A stretch of 64,000 nucleotides of DNA, taken from Deinococcales bacterium. Lineage in GTDB: Bacteria; Deinococcota; Deinococci; Deinococcales; JAAFIG01. The notes under the pieces were generated by a model. That model searched no databases and was not told where the DNA came from. It saw only the letters and a program-made list of their open reading frames with translations. Location: the NCBI GenBank assembly GCA_031414595.1, contig JANNVX010000088.1:29787-93786 (forward strand). The letters are read 5' to 3'. Shown piece after piece: positions 18,976 through 28,437 of the stretch. Within the stretch, counting starts at the first letter, position 1, and each line of letters begins with the position of its first letter. A program made the position numbers and the translations under genes.

Positions 18976-19710
18976 CTACAGTTTTCGTGCCACACCAATC
19001 AAATGCGGACTCGAGTCGGCTAATCGCGCCCCATCAAAGTCTCCGCTCCACTCGAGCCGAAAATCCCTTAGCCAGCGCTCGAGTTCAAAACGGGTATAGT
19101 AGCGTTGGGTCAGCGTCAGGATTTCACGTTGCAAGTTTTTATCTGGTTTTGTGGTGTCTGCGTAATACGTGGTGGTACAGATTTGCATCGTTCTATCAAT
19201 TTGTTGCTGCAAAAACACATCAAGTCTCGAGCCGTCTGGTAAGGCAAAAGTTTCACCTTCGTGCCGCATCACACCTTCTAAACCAAAACGCGGTTGGTAA
19301 AGGTCAAAAGCAAACACTCCACCATCCTCGAGATGATTCTTGATGCACCCCAGCGCTGCATCTTGGTCTGGCAAAGTATAGAGGTGCATCAGCATATTAA
19401 ACGGCGCTATAATCAGCCCAAACGTCTGCTCGAGCCGAAAATTCTTTGCGTCGCCGTGAATAAAATGGATGTTGACATTTTCCCTTGCCGCATAACTTCG
19501 GGCTTTACTGAGCATTTTGGCGCTTGGCTCGAGGGCTGTCATTTCAAAACCACGCCGAGCCAAAGGAACACTAACCCGCCCATTGCCAGCCCCTAACTCG
19601 AGAATTTGGGTTGTGCCTAGGCGTTCGGCAAGTCGGGCATAAAAGGCAATGTCATCACGGTAATTGGCGTATTGCAATTCGTATAAACCGGCGAGGTCAT
19701 CGTAATTCAA
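18976..19710 (-). CDS. class I SAM-dependent methyltransferase
   Basis: ILELGAGNGRVSVPLARRG motif I. 244 aa. Confidence 0.85.
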   Translation of the reverse strand: MNYDDLAGLYELQYANYRDDIAFYARLAERLGTTQILELGAGNGRVSVPLARRGFEMTALEPSAKMLSKARSYAARENVNIHFIHGDAKNFRLEQTFGLIIAPFNMLMHLYTLPDQDAALGCIKNHLEDGGVFAFDLYQPRFGLEGVMRHEGETFALPDGSRLDVFLQQQIDRTMQICTTTYYADTTKPDKNLQREILTLTQRYYTRFELERWLRDFRLEWSGDFDGARLADSSPHLIGVARKL

Positions 19711-20003
19711 GAATACGCCCTATCGTGGTCTGGATGAAGTTCGTGAAACCGCAACCAAGCATCTTGCCGAGATACCACGGCACGCAATTTCTGTGTTATT
19801 CGTATTGAATAGAGACGTGGGTTAGCATTTTTGGCTTGACCAAGAATCAATTCCCAATTTAGCCCAGAATCTTGGTAAACCTGATTCCACTCGAGTTGTA
19901 GAAGTTTTCGGATGGTATTGCGAAAGGCTAAAGTATTTTCATTGTCCAGCTTTACAAAATCGCGTTGAAAATGCGTATCATTAAGATCAATCAAAACCCT
20001 CAT
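19707..20003 (-). CDS. RelE/ParE-superfamily toxin-like protein
   Basis: 98 aa. YSIRITQKLRAVVSRQDAWLRFHELHPDHDRAY resembles the C-terminal core of RelE/HigB/ParE-type toxins. 4-nt overlap with the upstream small gene. Confidence 0.55.
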   Translation of the reverse strand: MRVLIDLNDTHFQRDFVKLDNENTLAFRNTIRKLLQLEWNQVYQDSGLNWELILGQAKNANPRLYSIRITQKLRAVVSRQDAWLRFHELHPDHDRAYS

Positions 20004-20314
20004 GAATGAACCGTCAACCCTAGAAGTTGATCGATTTCTTCTAAGGTTGTACTACGAGGCGGGTTTTCTCGCGCCCATTTCATTGAAAGTTTGAGGCGTT
20101 CTCGAGATTCCTTGGGTTGCAACCACATTGGTAAGTTTGGAACATTATCGTCCTCGAGCCAAGTATCGTCATAAAGTTTGGCTTGTGTTTCAGGCAGCAA
20201 AATTTCGACAGCTTCACCTTCGCTAAGACCCAATTCCTGCATGGCGGCAGCACTGAGAATAATTTCGGTCGTTTCGCCTTTTTTGGGTATGACAATCATA
20301 AGCCAATTATACAA
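20000..20314 (-). CDS. AbrB/SpoVT-like antitoxin candidate
   Basis: IVIPKKGETTEIILSAAAMQELGLSEGEAVEILL looks like a swapped-hairpin AbrB/MazE fold. The alternative Met at 20299 avoids overlap with the ABC gene. Confidence 0.5.
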   Translation of the reverse strand: MYNWLMIVIPKKGETTEIILSAAAMQELGLSEGEAVEILLPETQAKLYDDTWLEDDNVPNLPMWLQPKESRERLKLSMKWARENPPRSTTLEEIDQLLGLTVHS

Positions 20315-21914
20315 CGCGCCCCTGCTCGAGTCGAATCATCTGGTCGGCTTTTTCGATGGTGCTAAGTCGGTGGGCAATCACAATCAGGGTTTTTTTGCCA
20401 TGCAGTGCTTCTAAGGTGCTTTTGATATGGCTCTCGGAAACCGAATCAAGGCTCGAGGTTGGCTCGTCAAAAATAATCACTTCGGTTCTGCACAGTAAGG
20501 CTCGAGCAATGGCTAAGCGTTGCTGCTGCCCACCAGACAAACCAGCCCCGTTTTCGCCAAGGCTCATCTCGAGGTCTACTATTTCTGTTTTGAGGTGAGC
20601 CTGCTCCAAAGCCGCCCAGATTTCAGAATCGGTAGAATCATTTCCTAGACACAAGTTCTCGCGGATTGTTCCGATAAATAAACTTGGGCTTTGCGGCACA
20701 AAACTGTAAGCGCTGCGCCAAGCATCTCGGGTGAAATTCTGAGCATTTTGATTCATACTTAGTTCGCCATTCCGAGGCTCGAGTAAGCGCAACAAAACCC
20801 GTGTCAGGGTGGTTTTACCACTGCCTGAAGCGCCCACAATCGCGGTGAATGAACCTTTGGGAATGGTTAGATTGATATTCTCGAGGGCATTATTTTGGTC
20901 ATAGCCAGCACTGAGGTTACTTAGGATAATATCGCCAGTCGGTACAGTCTCGAGGTTGCCAGTCTCTGGTTCAATCGGTGTACTTAAAACCACTTGTAAA
21001 TTCGTAGCTGGGGCGCGAATAGCGGAGAGTTTCGAGAAACTTCTGGCAAAAATTTGGATTGGCGCAAGCCCAAGCCCGAGTTGGGTTAAATAACTGGTCA
21101 GCGCTCCTAGGCTCATTCGACCCGCTTGCACCTCGAGTACCCCCAATGCCAAAAGCGCCACAATCCCCGCGCCTGCGGTCAGTTGGGCAAGCGGGGCATT
21201 GAGCGCTCCTAGGCTTGAGCGGCGGCTCATGGCGGCGGCAGTACGGGTGTTGACCCCAGAAAAACGCTGCTCGAGTTTATCTTCGGCTCGAAAGGCTTTG
21301 ACCACCTCGAGTTTAGACAGGGCTTCGGAGAGCATTCCACTGGCTAGGGCAGCTTCGCGTTGGGCTTCGGAAAGCGCTGTCTCGAGGCGTTTGGCTAACC
21401 AGTCCGAGAAAAACACCAACGGCACAATCACCACAACAAGCCCAATTGTCAGCACTGGACTGGAAATTAGTAAAGCAATCGCCACGGCGATCACCACCAA
21501 GCCTTGCCCAATAATTGCGGTCAGTTCGGTGGCATAAAATAGCTCGAGTTCACGCACGTCCAATGCCGCTTGGCTCGAGCGTTCGGCACTGCCAGCCCCA
21601 AGGCGCACTTCGGCACGAATCAGCGCCTTAAAAACCCCTGCTCGCATTCGCGCTCCAAATTGGGCTGCACCAATTCCATAATAGGCATCCTGAAGGTATA
21701 GCGCCGCACTCGAGACCGCCAAAATCAGGGCAGTAGAAAGCAGTAATTGCGGTAAAATTTCAAATTGTTTTTGCCCGAGGACTGTTTCAAAGAGGGGTCG
21801 CACCACAAACGGCGGCAGTAGTGTTGTGGCAAGTGCCAGCAGCACCGAACCAATTGTTCCAATCGCAAAAAAACGCCTTTCGGGACGGATAAACCCCAGC
21901 ACCGAAATTTTCAT
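20307..21914 (-). CDS. ABC transporter, fused permease/ATPase (MsbA-like exporter)
   Basis: N-terminal TM domain, Walker A GASGSGKTT, signature LSGGQQQRLAIARAL, Walker B IIFDEPTS. Confidence 0.85.
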   Translation of the reverse strand: MKISVLGFIRPERRFFAIGTIGSVLLALATTLLPPFVVRPLFETVLGQKQFEILPQLLLSTALILAVSSAALYLQDAYYGIGAAQFGARMRAGVFKALIRAEVRLGAGSAERSSQAALDVRELELFYATELTAIIGQGLVVIAVAIALLISSPVLTIGLVVVIVPLVFFSDWLAKRLETALSEAQREAALASGMLSEALSKLEVVKAFRAEDKLEQRFSGVNTRTAAAMSRRSSLGALNAPLAQLTAGAGIVALLALGVLEVQAGRMSLGALTSYLTQLGLGLAPIQIFARSFSKLSAIRAPATNLQVVLSTPIEPETGNLETVPTGDIILSNLSAGYDQNNALENINLTIPKGSFTAIVGASGSGKTTLTRVLLRLLEPRNGELSMNQNAQNFTRDAWRSAYSFVPQSPSLFIGTIRENLCLGNDSTDSEIWAALEQAHLKTEIVDLEMSLGENGAGLSGGQQQRLAIARALLCRTEVIIFDEPTSSLDSVSESHIKSTLEALHGKKTLIVIAHRLSTIEKADQMIRLEQGRVV

Positions 21915-23089
21915 TTTTTTACTCGCTCGAGTATTTGCTTGGCTAAAATTCTGGCTGCCCCAGCTTTAGGCATGGTCTGCTCGAGTCGTGTGCTGATGCG
22001 TTGGCGCTCGATGGGACTTCGGATCAACTGATTTACTGCATCTGCTACATTCTGCACCGTGATGTTGCCTCGGAGTTCTGGCTGAATTAACTCATCGGTT
22101 AAGATATTTGGTAACGCCACAAACTTAAAGCGACTTAAAAAAGCCATCACCAAGGCGCGTTTAATTGGCTTACCGAAAAGTGGTAGCAACTCGAGATAGC
22201 GCAAAGGATTTTCGATAGGGACTAATTCCATTTTTTGCAAAGGCATACAAACCACACTTGGGATGCCCGCAATGCCAAGTTCAAGTGTATTTGTGCCGGG
22301 GCTGGTGATGGCAACTGCACAGCGTTTCATCAATTCGTAGCGCTGGTTTTCATGGTGAATCTCGAGCCGAGTACCATTGGGAGTGACGGCAAAATTCCCT
22401 TCGAGTTTTAATACCACACCGCCAAAATCTTGGGTTTTCGCGCCAGACAACGCCACCGCCCAAGTCGCATCATCTATTAAGCCTGAACGAGCCACATGGA
22501 ACCCTGCATTGGGAATTTTATCAGCCACAGCCGCAAAATAAGACAGCAAATGCGTGACCTGAAAACCCCGAGAACCCGGCACAAGCAAGACCGAATTATC
22601 CTCCCGATTTTGGTTTGGCTCGAGTGCCAAAGTATCGGCGACCAAATTGCCAATGTTTTCGGCTTTGGCTTGTGGGTTTTTTAGGGCTTTGGCTAAGGTT
22701 TTTTGGTCATGCACCAACAATTTCTCGAGTCCATTGTGCCAGTATGGTTCAAAACTATAGCGCCAAGCGACATAGCCAAGCCTTTGGGCAACTCGAGCAG
22801 GAAACGACACATCACCGCCCAAGCCAATCACCAAGCCCGTCTGACCAATAAAACCTTTGGGTTTACGTCCACCAGCGATAAATTCTAAGGATTCCGCCAC
22901 GCTCACCAGCGCATCTATTGGCAGGGTTTCGGCAACACCGCGCTCGTAGCCAGTCGCAAACGGACAAGGCAATAACCCCAGTACAATCCGTACATTTGGC
23001 TCGAGCAAGCGCAATTCTTTAATCAAAGGACGCGCCCAAGTGTAGAGTTCGCCGGGTCCATTGACCAGTAAAATCAGTTCAGGATTCAT
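21911..23089 (-). CDS. lipid-A-disaccharide synthase-related glycosyltransferase (LpxB-like)
   Basis: 392 aa, N-terminal LILLVNGPGELYTWARP. Position between lpxA and the MsbA-like gene. Assignment by context and weak similarity. Confidence 0.55.
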   Translation of the reverse strand: MNPELILLVNGPGELYTWARPLIKELRLLEPNVRIVLGLLPCPFATGYERGVAETLPIDALVSVAESLEFIAGGRKPKGFIGQTGLVIGLGGDVSFPARVAQRLGYVAWRYSFEPYWHNGLEKLLVHDQKTLAKALKNPQAKAENIGNLVADTLALEPNQNREDNSVLLVPGSRGFQVTHLLSYFAAVADKIPNAGFHVARSGLIDDATWAVALSGAKTQDFGGVVLKLEGNFAVTPNGTRLEIHHENQRYELMKRCAVAITSPGTNTLELGIAGIPSVVCMPLQKMELVPIENPLRYLELLPLFGKPIKRALVMAFLSRFKFVALPNILTDELIQPELRGNITVQNVADAVNQLIRSPIERQRISTRLEQTMPKAGAARILAKQILERVKK

Positions 23090-23108
23090 GGAAATCTCAG
23101 TTCGGTCT

Positions 23109-23528
23109 TCATGGAAGCAACTTCAAATTTGGGAAAGCACTGCGAAAACCTTTTGGGTCAAAAGTACAGAGCGTATAGTCACGAACCAAAGCATGAGCGC
23201 CAATCACAAAATCAGCAATCATCCGTTTGGGGCTAGTTGAGACTGCACGATGCTGAAAAAATATTGCTCGAGCCAAGCCTGCTTCTTTCCAAACTTGTTC
23301 GGGCATAAGCCAATCTACTTCAATCCCAAAGTCTTCTAAGCCAACATCAAGTTCAGTTAATGTCATTTGGGGAATACAAAGCGCCTCACTAAAAACCATT
23401 GGGCAAACAAAGATTTGTGTATCTGCATACATCACCAAAATATCAATTGCTTGTGCGTGGTGCATATGATCAGAATCAAATAGGGCTTGCAGGAAATTTG
23501 TATCAAGTGCCAACGTGAACTCACTCAT
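23109..23528 (-). CDS. vapC: PIN-domain toxin VapC
   Basis: FTLALDTNFL (first acidic PIN residue) and later D/E positions. The start overlaps the vapB stop. Confidence 0.75.
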   Translation of the reverse strand: MSEFTLALDTNFLQALFDSDHMHHAQAIDILVMYADTQIFVCPMVFSEALCIPQMTLTELDVGLEDFGIEVDWLMPEQVWKEAGLARAIFFQHRAVSTSPKRMIADFVIGAHALVRDYTLCTFDPKGFRSAFPNLKLLP

Positions 23529-23809
23529 TGACGACTTTTCTCCCAACGTTCAAAAGCCAAGACATCTTCTTCATCCCAGCCTCGGTCTGCTCGGCTTTGT
23601 TCAAGAAACTCCGCCTCTGTTTTAGCAGTCGAACCTCGGCTACGAGCATGTTTAGCCACCAAAGCATGAATATCTCGAGTTTTTCGCTTGACCACAATTT
23701 GATCGCCTTCCTGCTTAAATTCAAGTGAATCACCAGAGACAACACCAAGATTAGTCATCACCCAATCTGGAAGCTGCATTGTGCCGTCTTGATTTAATTG
23801 CTTATTCAT
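23525..23809 (-). CDS. vapB: AbrB/MazE-type antitoxin VapB
   Basis: MQLPDWVMTNLGVVSGDSLEFKQEGDQIVVKR SpoVT/AbrB-like N-terminus. Directly upstream of the PIN gene. Confidence 0.7.
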   Translation of the reverse strand: MNKQLNQDGTMQLPDWVMTNLGVVSGDSLEFKQEGDQIVVKRKTRDIHALVAKHARSRGSTAKTEAEFLEQSRADRGWDEEDVLAFERWEKSRQ

Positions 23810-23848
23810 ATTCAGTAGTTTAGAGAAATTTTTAAGAATTGCAAGGTT

Positions 23849-24613
23849 TTACGCAAAACTCGAGATGCCGCGTTTGGATTCAGCCCTTGCAAATTCAAAT
23901 AAACGCTGTGCTAATGGTTCTGCTTCGAGTGCTGACATGGCGGCTGTGTCTTTTTTTCGCAAAGCCCGAAAAGCCCTCGAGATTATCTGTTGGTCTTCGG
24001 GGCTGTAGCCATCCCTTGCCAAGCCGACTTTATTGATGGTGTAGTGCTTAGCTGGGTGTCCATCTGCCATGCTAAACGGCAAAATATCTCGGGTGATTTT
24101 ACTCATCATGCCAATAATACTGTGCGCCCCAACACGGCAATACTGGTGAATCGCCACTGTTACACCAACCCGCACATAATCTTCAATCACCACATGCCCC
24201 GCGATTTGCACCGTATTGGCAATAATGTTGTGACTGCCAACCACACAATCATGGGTGATATGCACATACGCCGTCACCAAATTATGATTACCAACTTTGG
24301 TTAGACCACCGCCAACCGCCGTCCCACGGTGAATGGTGCTGAATTCGCGAATGTCATTGTCCGAACCAATCTCGAGATACGTGACTTCGCCTTGAAATTT
24401 TAAGTCCATTGGCGTTCCACCCAACAGCGTGTACTTGCCAATGCGGTTGCGTTCGCCTAGGCTAGTAAAACGCAGCACTTGCGCCCCAGACTCGAGAACA
24501 CAACCTGCTCCGATGCGCGTGTCGGCTTCAACAATACAAAACGCACCAATCTGGACATCATCAGCAATTTCGGCACTCGAGTCTACAAGTGCGCTTGGAT
24601 GAATCTGAGGCAT
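23849..24613 (-). CDS. lpxA: acyl-ACP--UDP-N-acetylglucosamine O-acyltransferase
   Basis: MPQIHPSALVDSSAEI start, hexapeptide repeats, GNHNLVTAYVHITHDCVVGSHNIIAN. The start overlaps the fabZ stop (TGATG). Confidence 0.9.
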   Translation of the reverse strand: MPQIHPSALVDSSAEIADDVQIGAFCIVEADTRIGAGCVLESGAQVLRFTSLGERNRIGKYTLLGGTPMDLKFQGEVTYLEIGSDNDIREFSTIHRGTAVGGGLTKVGNHNLVTAYVHITHDCVVGSHNIIANTVQIAGHVVIEDYVRVGVTVAIHQYCRVGAHSIIGMMSKITRDILPFSMADGHPAKHYTINKVGLARDGYSPEDQQIISRAFRALRKKDTAAMSALEAEPLAQRLFEFARAESKRGISSFA

Positions 24614-25044
24614 CAACCCACCGCGAACAGAATATCGGCTTGAGAAACCAGCACACCATCCACTGTAATTTTGCAATTGGTACGCCCAAGACTGCGCCTA
24701 AAATACTCGAGACGGGCTTCGATGATTAACTGATCGCCCGGTGTGACGGGTTTTTTGAAGCGCGAATTTTCGACCCCCGTTAAAAACGCTAATTTACCCG
24801 GTTCTAAAGCATCCTCAAGCAGAAAAACCCCAGCTTGCGCCATTGCCTCGAGTTGCAACACGCCCGGCATGATTGGTCGCCCCGGAAAATGCCCAGCGCA
24901 CCACGGTTCATTCACGGTCACATTTTTGAGGCAACGCACAAAGGTCACGCCATTCTCCTCACCGCGTTCAAGTACACGGTCAATCATTAAAAACGGGTAA
25001 CGGTGCGGTAACTTCTCGAGAATTGTTTGAATATCATGAATCAT
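24613..25044 (-). CDS. fabZ: 3-hydroxyacyl-ACP dehydratase
   Basis: LPHRYPFLMIDRV, HFPGRPIMPGVLQLEAMAQ motifs. 143 aa. Confidence 0.92.
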   Translation of the reverse strand: MIHDIQTILEKLPHRYPFLMIDRVLERGEENGVTFVRCLKNVTVNEPWCAGHFPGRPIMPGVLQLEAMAQAGVFLLEDALEPGKLAFLTGVENSRFKKPVTPGDQLIIEARLEYFRRSLGRTNCKITVDGVLVSQADILFAVG

Positions 25045-25059
25045 GGGGCTTAGTTTAAC

Positions 25060-25821
25060 CTAGATGGCAGTCCAGCCGCCATCCACAGCCAGCGTATGCC
25101 CAGTCACAAAACCAGAAGCACTCGAGGCAAGAAAAACACACGCGCCAAGCATATCGTCCACTGTGGCAATTCGACCCAAGGGAATTCGGCTTTCTAAATC
25201 GGCTTTAATCTCGGGTTGGGCAAAAGTCTGTTCGGTCAATGGCGTGACCACAAAAGTAGGCGCAATCGCATTGACGGTAATCCCGTGCTTAGCCCACTCG
25301 AGCGCTAAAACCCGAGTTTGGTTAATCAAACCCGCTTTGGCACTGCAATACGCCGCCCGTTGGTAATAGCCAATTAAACCATTTTGCGAAGCAATGTTGA
25401 TGATTCGCCCACCCAGTCCTCGGGCAATCATGCCTTTGCCAATGGCTTGGGTTACAAAAAATGCGCCTTTGAGGTTGGTGTTTAAGACCAAATCCCAATT
25501 TTCTTCGGTCACGTCTTCCGCCCACTGCACCCGATTGACCCCAGCGTTGTTGACCAAAATATCCACATGCCCAGCGTTGACCGCCATTTCACGGCACTGG
25601 GCAACATCTTGCACATCGAGTGCTAAAGCTGTGGCTCTACGCCCGTGGGAACGGATTAACTCGAGTGTTGTGGCAGTTGTCTCGAGCCTGTTAGGTAGTT
25701 CGGTAATAATCACATCCGCGCCGTGAGCCGCTAAAGCCACCGCGAAGCCCTGACCAAGACCGCCAGAAGCACCCGTCACCAATGCGGTTTTACCAACAAG
25801 CGAAAAACTAGGAATGTTCAT
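25060..25821 (-). CDS. short-chain dehydrogenase/reductase (FabG/KduD-like)
   Basis: KTALVTGASGGLGQG, NNAG, YCSAKAGL catalytic motif. Met at 25821. Confidence 0.85.
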   Translation of the reverse strand: MNIPSFSLVGKTALVTGASGGLGQGFAVALAAHGADVIITELPNRLETTATTLELIRSHGRRATALALDVQDVAQCREMAVNAGHVDILVNNAGVNRVQWAEDVTEENWDLVLNTNLKGAFFVTQAIGKGMIARGLGGRIINIASQNGLIGYYQRAAYCSAKAGLINQTRVLALEWAKHGITVNAIAPTFVVTPLTEQTFAQPEIKADLESRIPLGRIATVDDMLGACVFLASSASGFVTGHTLAVDGGWTAI

Positions 25822-25948
25822 TTTTAATCCTCTCGAGATAAGTCGTACTAAAAGAATAGCAAATTCTTTAGAGGTGCATACTTGACAGTCGTGCGCTTTG
25901 CTCGTAACATTCTCGAGCATCCATGCCGATGCAGCAGGCTCGAGCCAT

Positions 25949-26023
<75 letters not shown>

Positions 26024-26093
26024 AAAGAAAGCCCCGTGATGAACGGGGTTATTTTATTTACCACTTTAGTTTTGTGTTGTGGGGTTTCTCGAG

Positions 26094-26115
26094 CGTGTGC
26101 AACGTCGTGTGCAAC
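26094..26115 (+). repeat. two copies of CGTGTGCAAC near attL (candidate integrase arm-type sites)
   Basis: CGTGTGCAAC at 26094-26103 and 26106-26115. The same word occurs in tandem at 38036-38057. Confidence 0.5.
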
Positions 26116-26120
26116 GCGCC

Positions 26121-27470
26121 TCAATTAAGGGGCGAAACTCCAACGGCTAGAGGCTTAACAGGATTCGGAAAGAAGTCAATCACAAATTCTCGCTTCTCGG
26201 ACTCAAGGACATGGCGATACACTTTGTAAGTGATTGCAATGTCTGCATGTCCAAGTATTTTACTGACCACCTCAACCGGTACGCCTTTACGAAGCATCAG
26301 AGTACCCGCCGTGTGGCGTAAATCATGGGGTGTGATATGCGGTAGAGACTGTCCTTCTTTTATTAGGGCTTCAATCCCTAAGCGTTGTATTGCTTTGAAT
26401 ATCCTATGACCTCGAGAAACACCACGCTTGTCAACTTCGGTGTAATACTCCCAACTACTCCAATGTGTTAATTCTTTTAGAGTGCGTTGTAGATTATCAG
26501 GATGAGTCCATTGACCTGTTTGAGTGGCAAAGACTGCACCTGTATTTGTCCAAGCATCTTCGGCTGTTCTGCGTTCCTCGAGTTGCTGCTTTTGGTGCTG
26601 CTCGAGTGCTGCCCTAAGACTGGCTGGTATCAGAATGTCACGGCTCGAGTGGCTGGTCTTGGTCAGTTCGTCACGGGTTGGTTTACCTTTGGTCACAGTT
26701 GCTGTGTGCCGTATTCGGATTAGGCTTTTCTCGAGGTCAATATCCTGCCAGCGTAAACCCATGACTTCGGAGCGCCTAAGCCCAATTGAAAACGCTGTGA
26801 AGACCGCAACCCATAAACGACAAATGCCAGCTTGGTACAAGGCAGTACCCAACTCGTGAAACCTTGCCACTTGGTCAAAGTCCAGAGCAATGTGAGGCTG
26901 TTCTGTGCGTACTTTTTTAATCGTCTTGACCGCTTCGGCTGGTGACACATAAAGAATCTGGTCAGTCACAGCTTCACGCAGTACGGTCTTTAATCGAGTT
27001 CGGACATGGGCAACGGTACGACTTGCACGGAGCTTACCTGTGTTCTCGAGCTTGCCATTCTTGCGCCGCTTGGTGCTGGTATTTGCCAGCTTGGTCAAAG
27101 CCTCTTTGATGTCGAGCGGCTTTAAGTCTTTAAGACGCTTCTTACCAATAAAAGGCAGTATTAAGCCTAGCTCGTGCTGGTAGGTATCTCGAGTGATTTC
27201 ACGAACATCTATTTGCTCGAGCCACCGTTTAACGTACTCGGATAAGGTCACTTGGTCAGAGCTTGCCAGTACGCCGCGTATGTGGTCACTCTTGGCTTGC
27301 GTGAGGGCTTCTTCGGCTTGGGTTTTTGTCTCGGTGATACCACTGGCTAAGGTCTTGCTGTCCGCGTCCCTGAGTTGCCATCTGTACCGGTTGTCTTTGT
27401 ATTTGCTGATTGACCCGCGTCCGTTACCGCGCTTGCCAGTAGTCACAATTTGTTTCTTAGGTCGTGCCAT
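26121..27470 (-). CDS. int: tyrosine-type site-specific integrase
   Basis: C-terminal catalytic region HDLRHTAGTLMLRKGVPVEVVSKILGHADIAITYKVYRHV (R..HxxR..Y). Likely start is the Met at 27470 (MARPKKQ...). Confidence 0.9.
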   Translation of the reverse strand: MARPKKQIVTTGKRGNGRGSISKYKDNRYRWQLRDADSKTLASGITETKTQAEEALTQAKSDHIRGVLASSDQVTLSEYVKRWLEQIDVREITRDTYQHELGLILPFIGKKRLKDLKPLDIKEALTKLANTSTKRRKNGKLENTGKLRASRTVAHVRTRLKTVLREAVTDQILYVSPAEAVKTIKKVRTEQPHIALDFDQVARFHELGTALYQAGICRLWVAVFTAFSIGLRRSEVMGLRWQDIDLEKSLIRIRHTATVTKGKPTRDELTKTSHSSRDILIPASLRAALEQHQKQQLEERRTAEDAWTNTGAVFATQTGQWTHPDNLQRTLKELTHWSSWEYYTEVDKRGVSRGHRIFKAIQRLGIEALIKEGQSLPHITPHDLRHTAGTLMLRKGVPVEVVSKILGHADIAITYKVYRHVLESEKREFVIDFFPNPVKPLAVGVSPLN

Positions 27471-27474
27471 AAGT

Positions 27475-27831
27475 TCAGACTCCCGTCTCGAGGGCTTTAT
27501 CAAAGATGTTTTTTAGGGCTGCTCGAGACCGTTCTAAAACATCACCCTCGAGCTTCCCGTACTGCCCGTGTATTCGGCTTGCATCTACTACGCGAAGCTG
27601 GTCAAGTAAGAGCGTACCGTTTAGTTTTAGACCACCGTCTCCCGCCGCTAGTGGGATGTGAAGCGCTGCCTTTTTCATGACTCGCTTGGTAATGGGGGCG
27701 ATTAGTACCTTTGGAAAAGTAAGGCGTTGCAAACTGCCAAGGTCAAGAATCAGTAGGCATGGTCTACGTCCTTCTTGCTCATGCCCTTGTGGGTCATGCC
27801 TTGGGATGTCTATATCAAGAATCAAGCTCAT
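27475..27831 (-). CDS. MazF/PemK-like endoribonuclease toxin
   Basis: RRPCLLILD, VLIAPITKR, LLLDQLRVVDASRI match conserved MazF/PemK blocks. 4-nt overlap with the upstream HTH gene. Confidence 0.75.
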   Translation of the reverse strand: MSLILDIDIPRHDPQGHEQEGRRPCLLILDLGSLQRLTFPKVLIAPITKRVMKKAALHIPLAAGDGGLKLNGTLLLDQLRVVDASRIHGQYGKLEGDVLERSRAALKNIFDKALETGV

Positions 27832-28238
27832 GCGGTAGCCTCGAGTAATACAATGCCCTGACCTACAATGTACTTGGCTGGTTTAGCGGCTTTGCGGTTT
27901 GCCTCGAGCCATGCGTTTAGTTCTGCCTTGGGGATGTCTTTCTCGAGTTCATCTAAAGCTCTGCCCATATCGGTCATGCTTGCATTGAGAAGGTCACGTT
28001 CTTCGTTATCTTCAAGTGGTTCTTCTATCACCTCGAGAAGGTCATTAGGTGTGACTGGCTGCCCAGTGATGGTCTCGAGCGTAGACATGACTTTATGGAA
28101 AACATCAAACTTCACTCCTTTCGCTCTATTACTCGCCATGTCGTAAACAGTGGGACGCGCTAGTCCTGATTCTTTCCAAAGTTTGTAGGGCGTAATGCCG
28201 TGACTGTCTAAATAGTGCTGTAGTTTCCATTGCAACAT
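27828..28238 (-). CDS. XRE-type HTH protein, candidate antitoxin / island regulator
   Basis: Met at 28238 preceded by GGAGG. LDSHGITPYKLWKESGLARPTVYDMASN helix-turn-helix, acidic C-terminal half. Confidence 0.65.
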   Translation of the reverse strand: MLQWKLQHYLDSHGITPYKLWKESGLARPTVYDMASNRAKGVKFDVFHKVMSTLETITGQPVTPNDLLEVIEEPLEDNEERDLLNASMTDMGRALDELEKDIPKAELNAWLEANRKAAKPAKYIVGQGIVLLEATA

Positions 28239-28333
28239 ATTAAAAACCTCCGTTAGAACTATAGTCCATTTTAGGCAACATGGCAACCAAGAGTTACTTA
28301 CGTTATTTCTAGGTAACATTAGTATGCCTAGAA

Positions 28334-28362
28334 TTGACATATGTAACCTTTAGCGGTATACT
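28334..28362 (+). promoter_or_regulatory. sigma-70-type promoter for the rightward small-ORF operon
   Basis: TTGACA (28334-28339), 17 nt spacer, TATACT (28357-28362). Lies in the divergent region between the HTH/MazF/int genes and orf87. Confidence 0.6.
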
Positions 28363-28437
28363 AATATCACTCAAGACCGCACACCCTGAACAAGTCACGG
28401 TCTCGAGAATCCCAAAAAGTTGTAAGGAGTCCAAACC

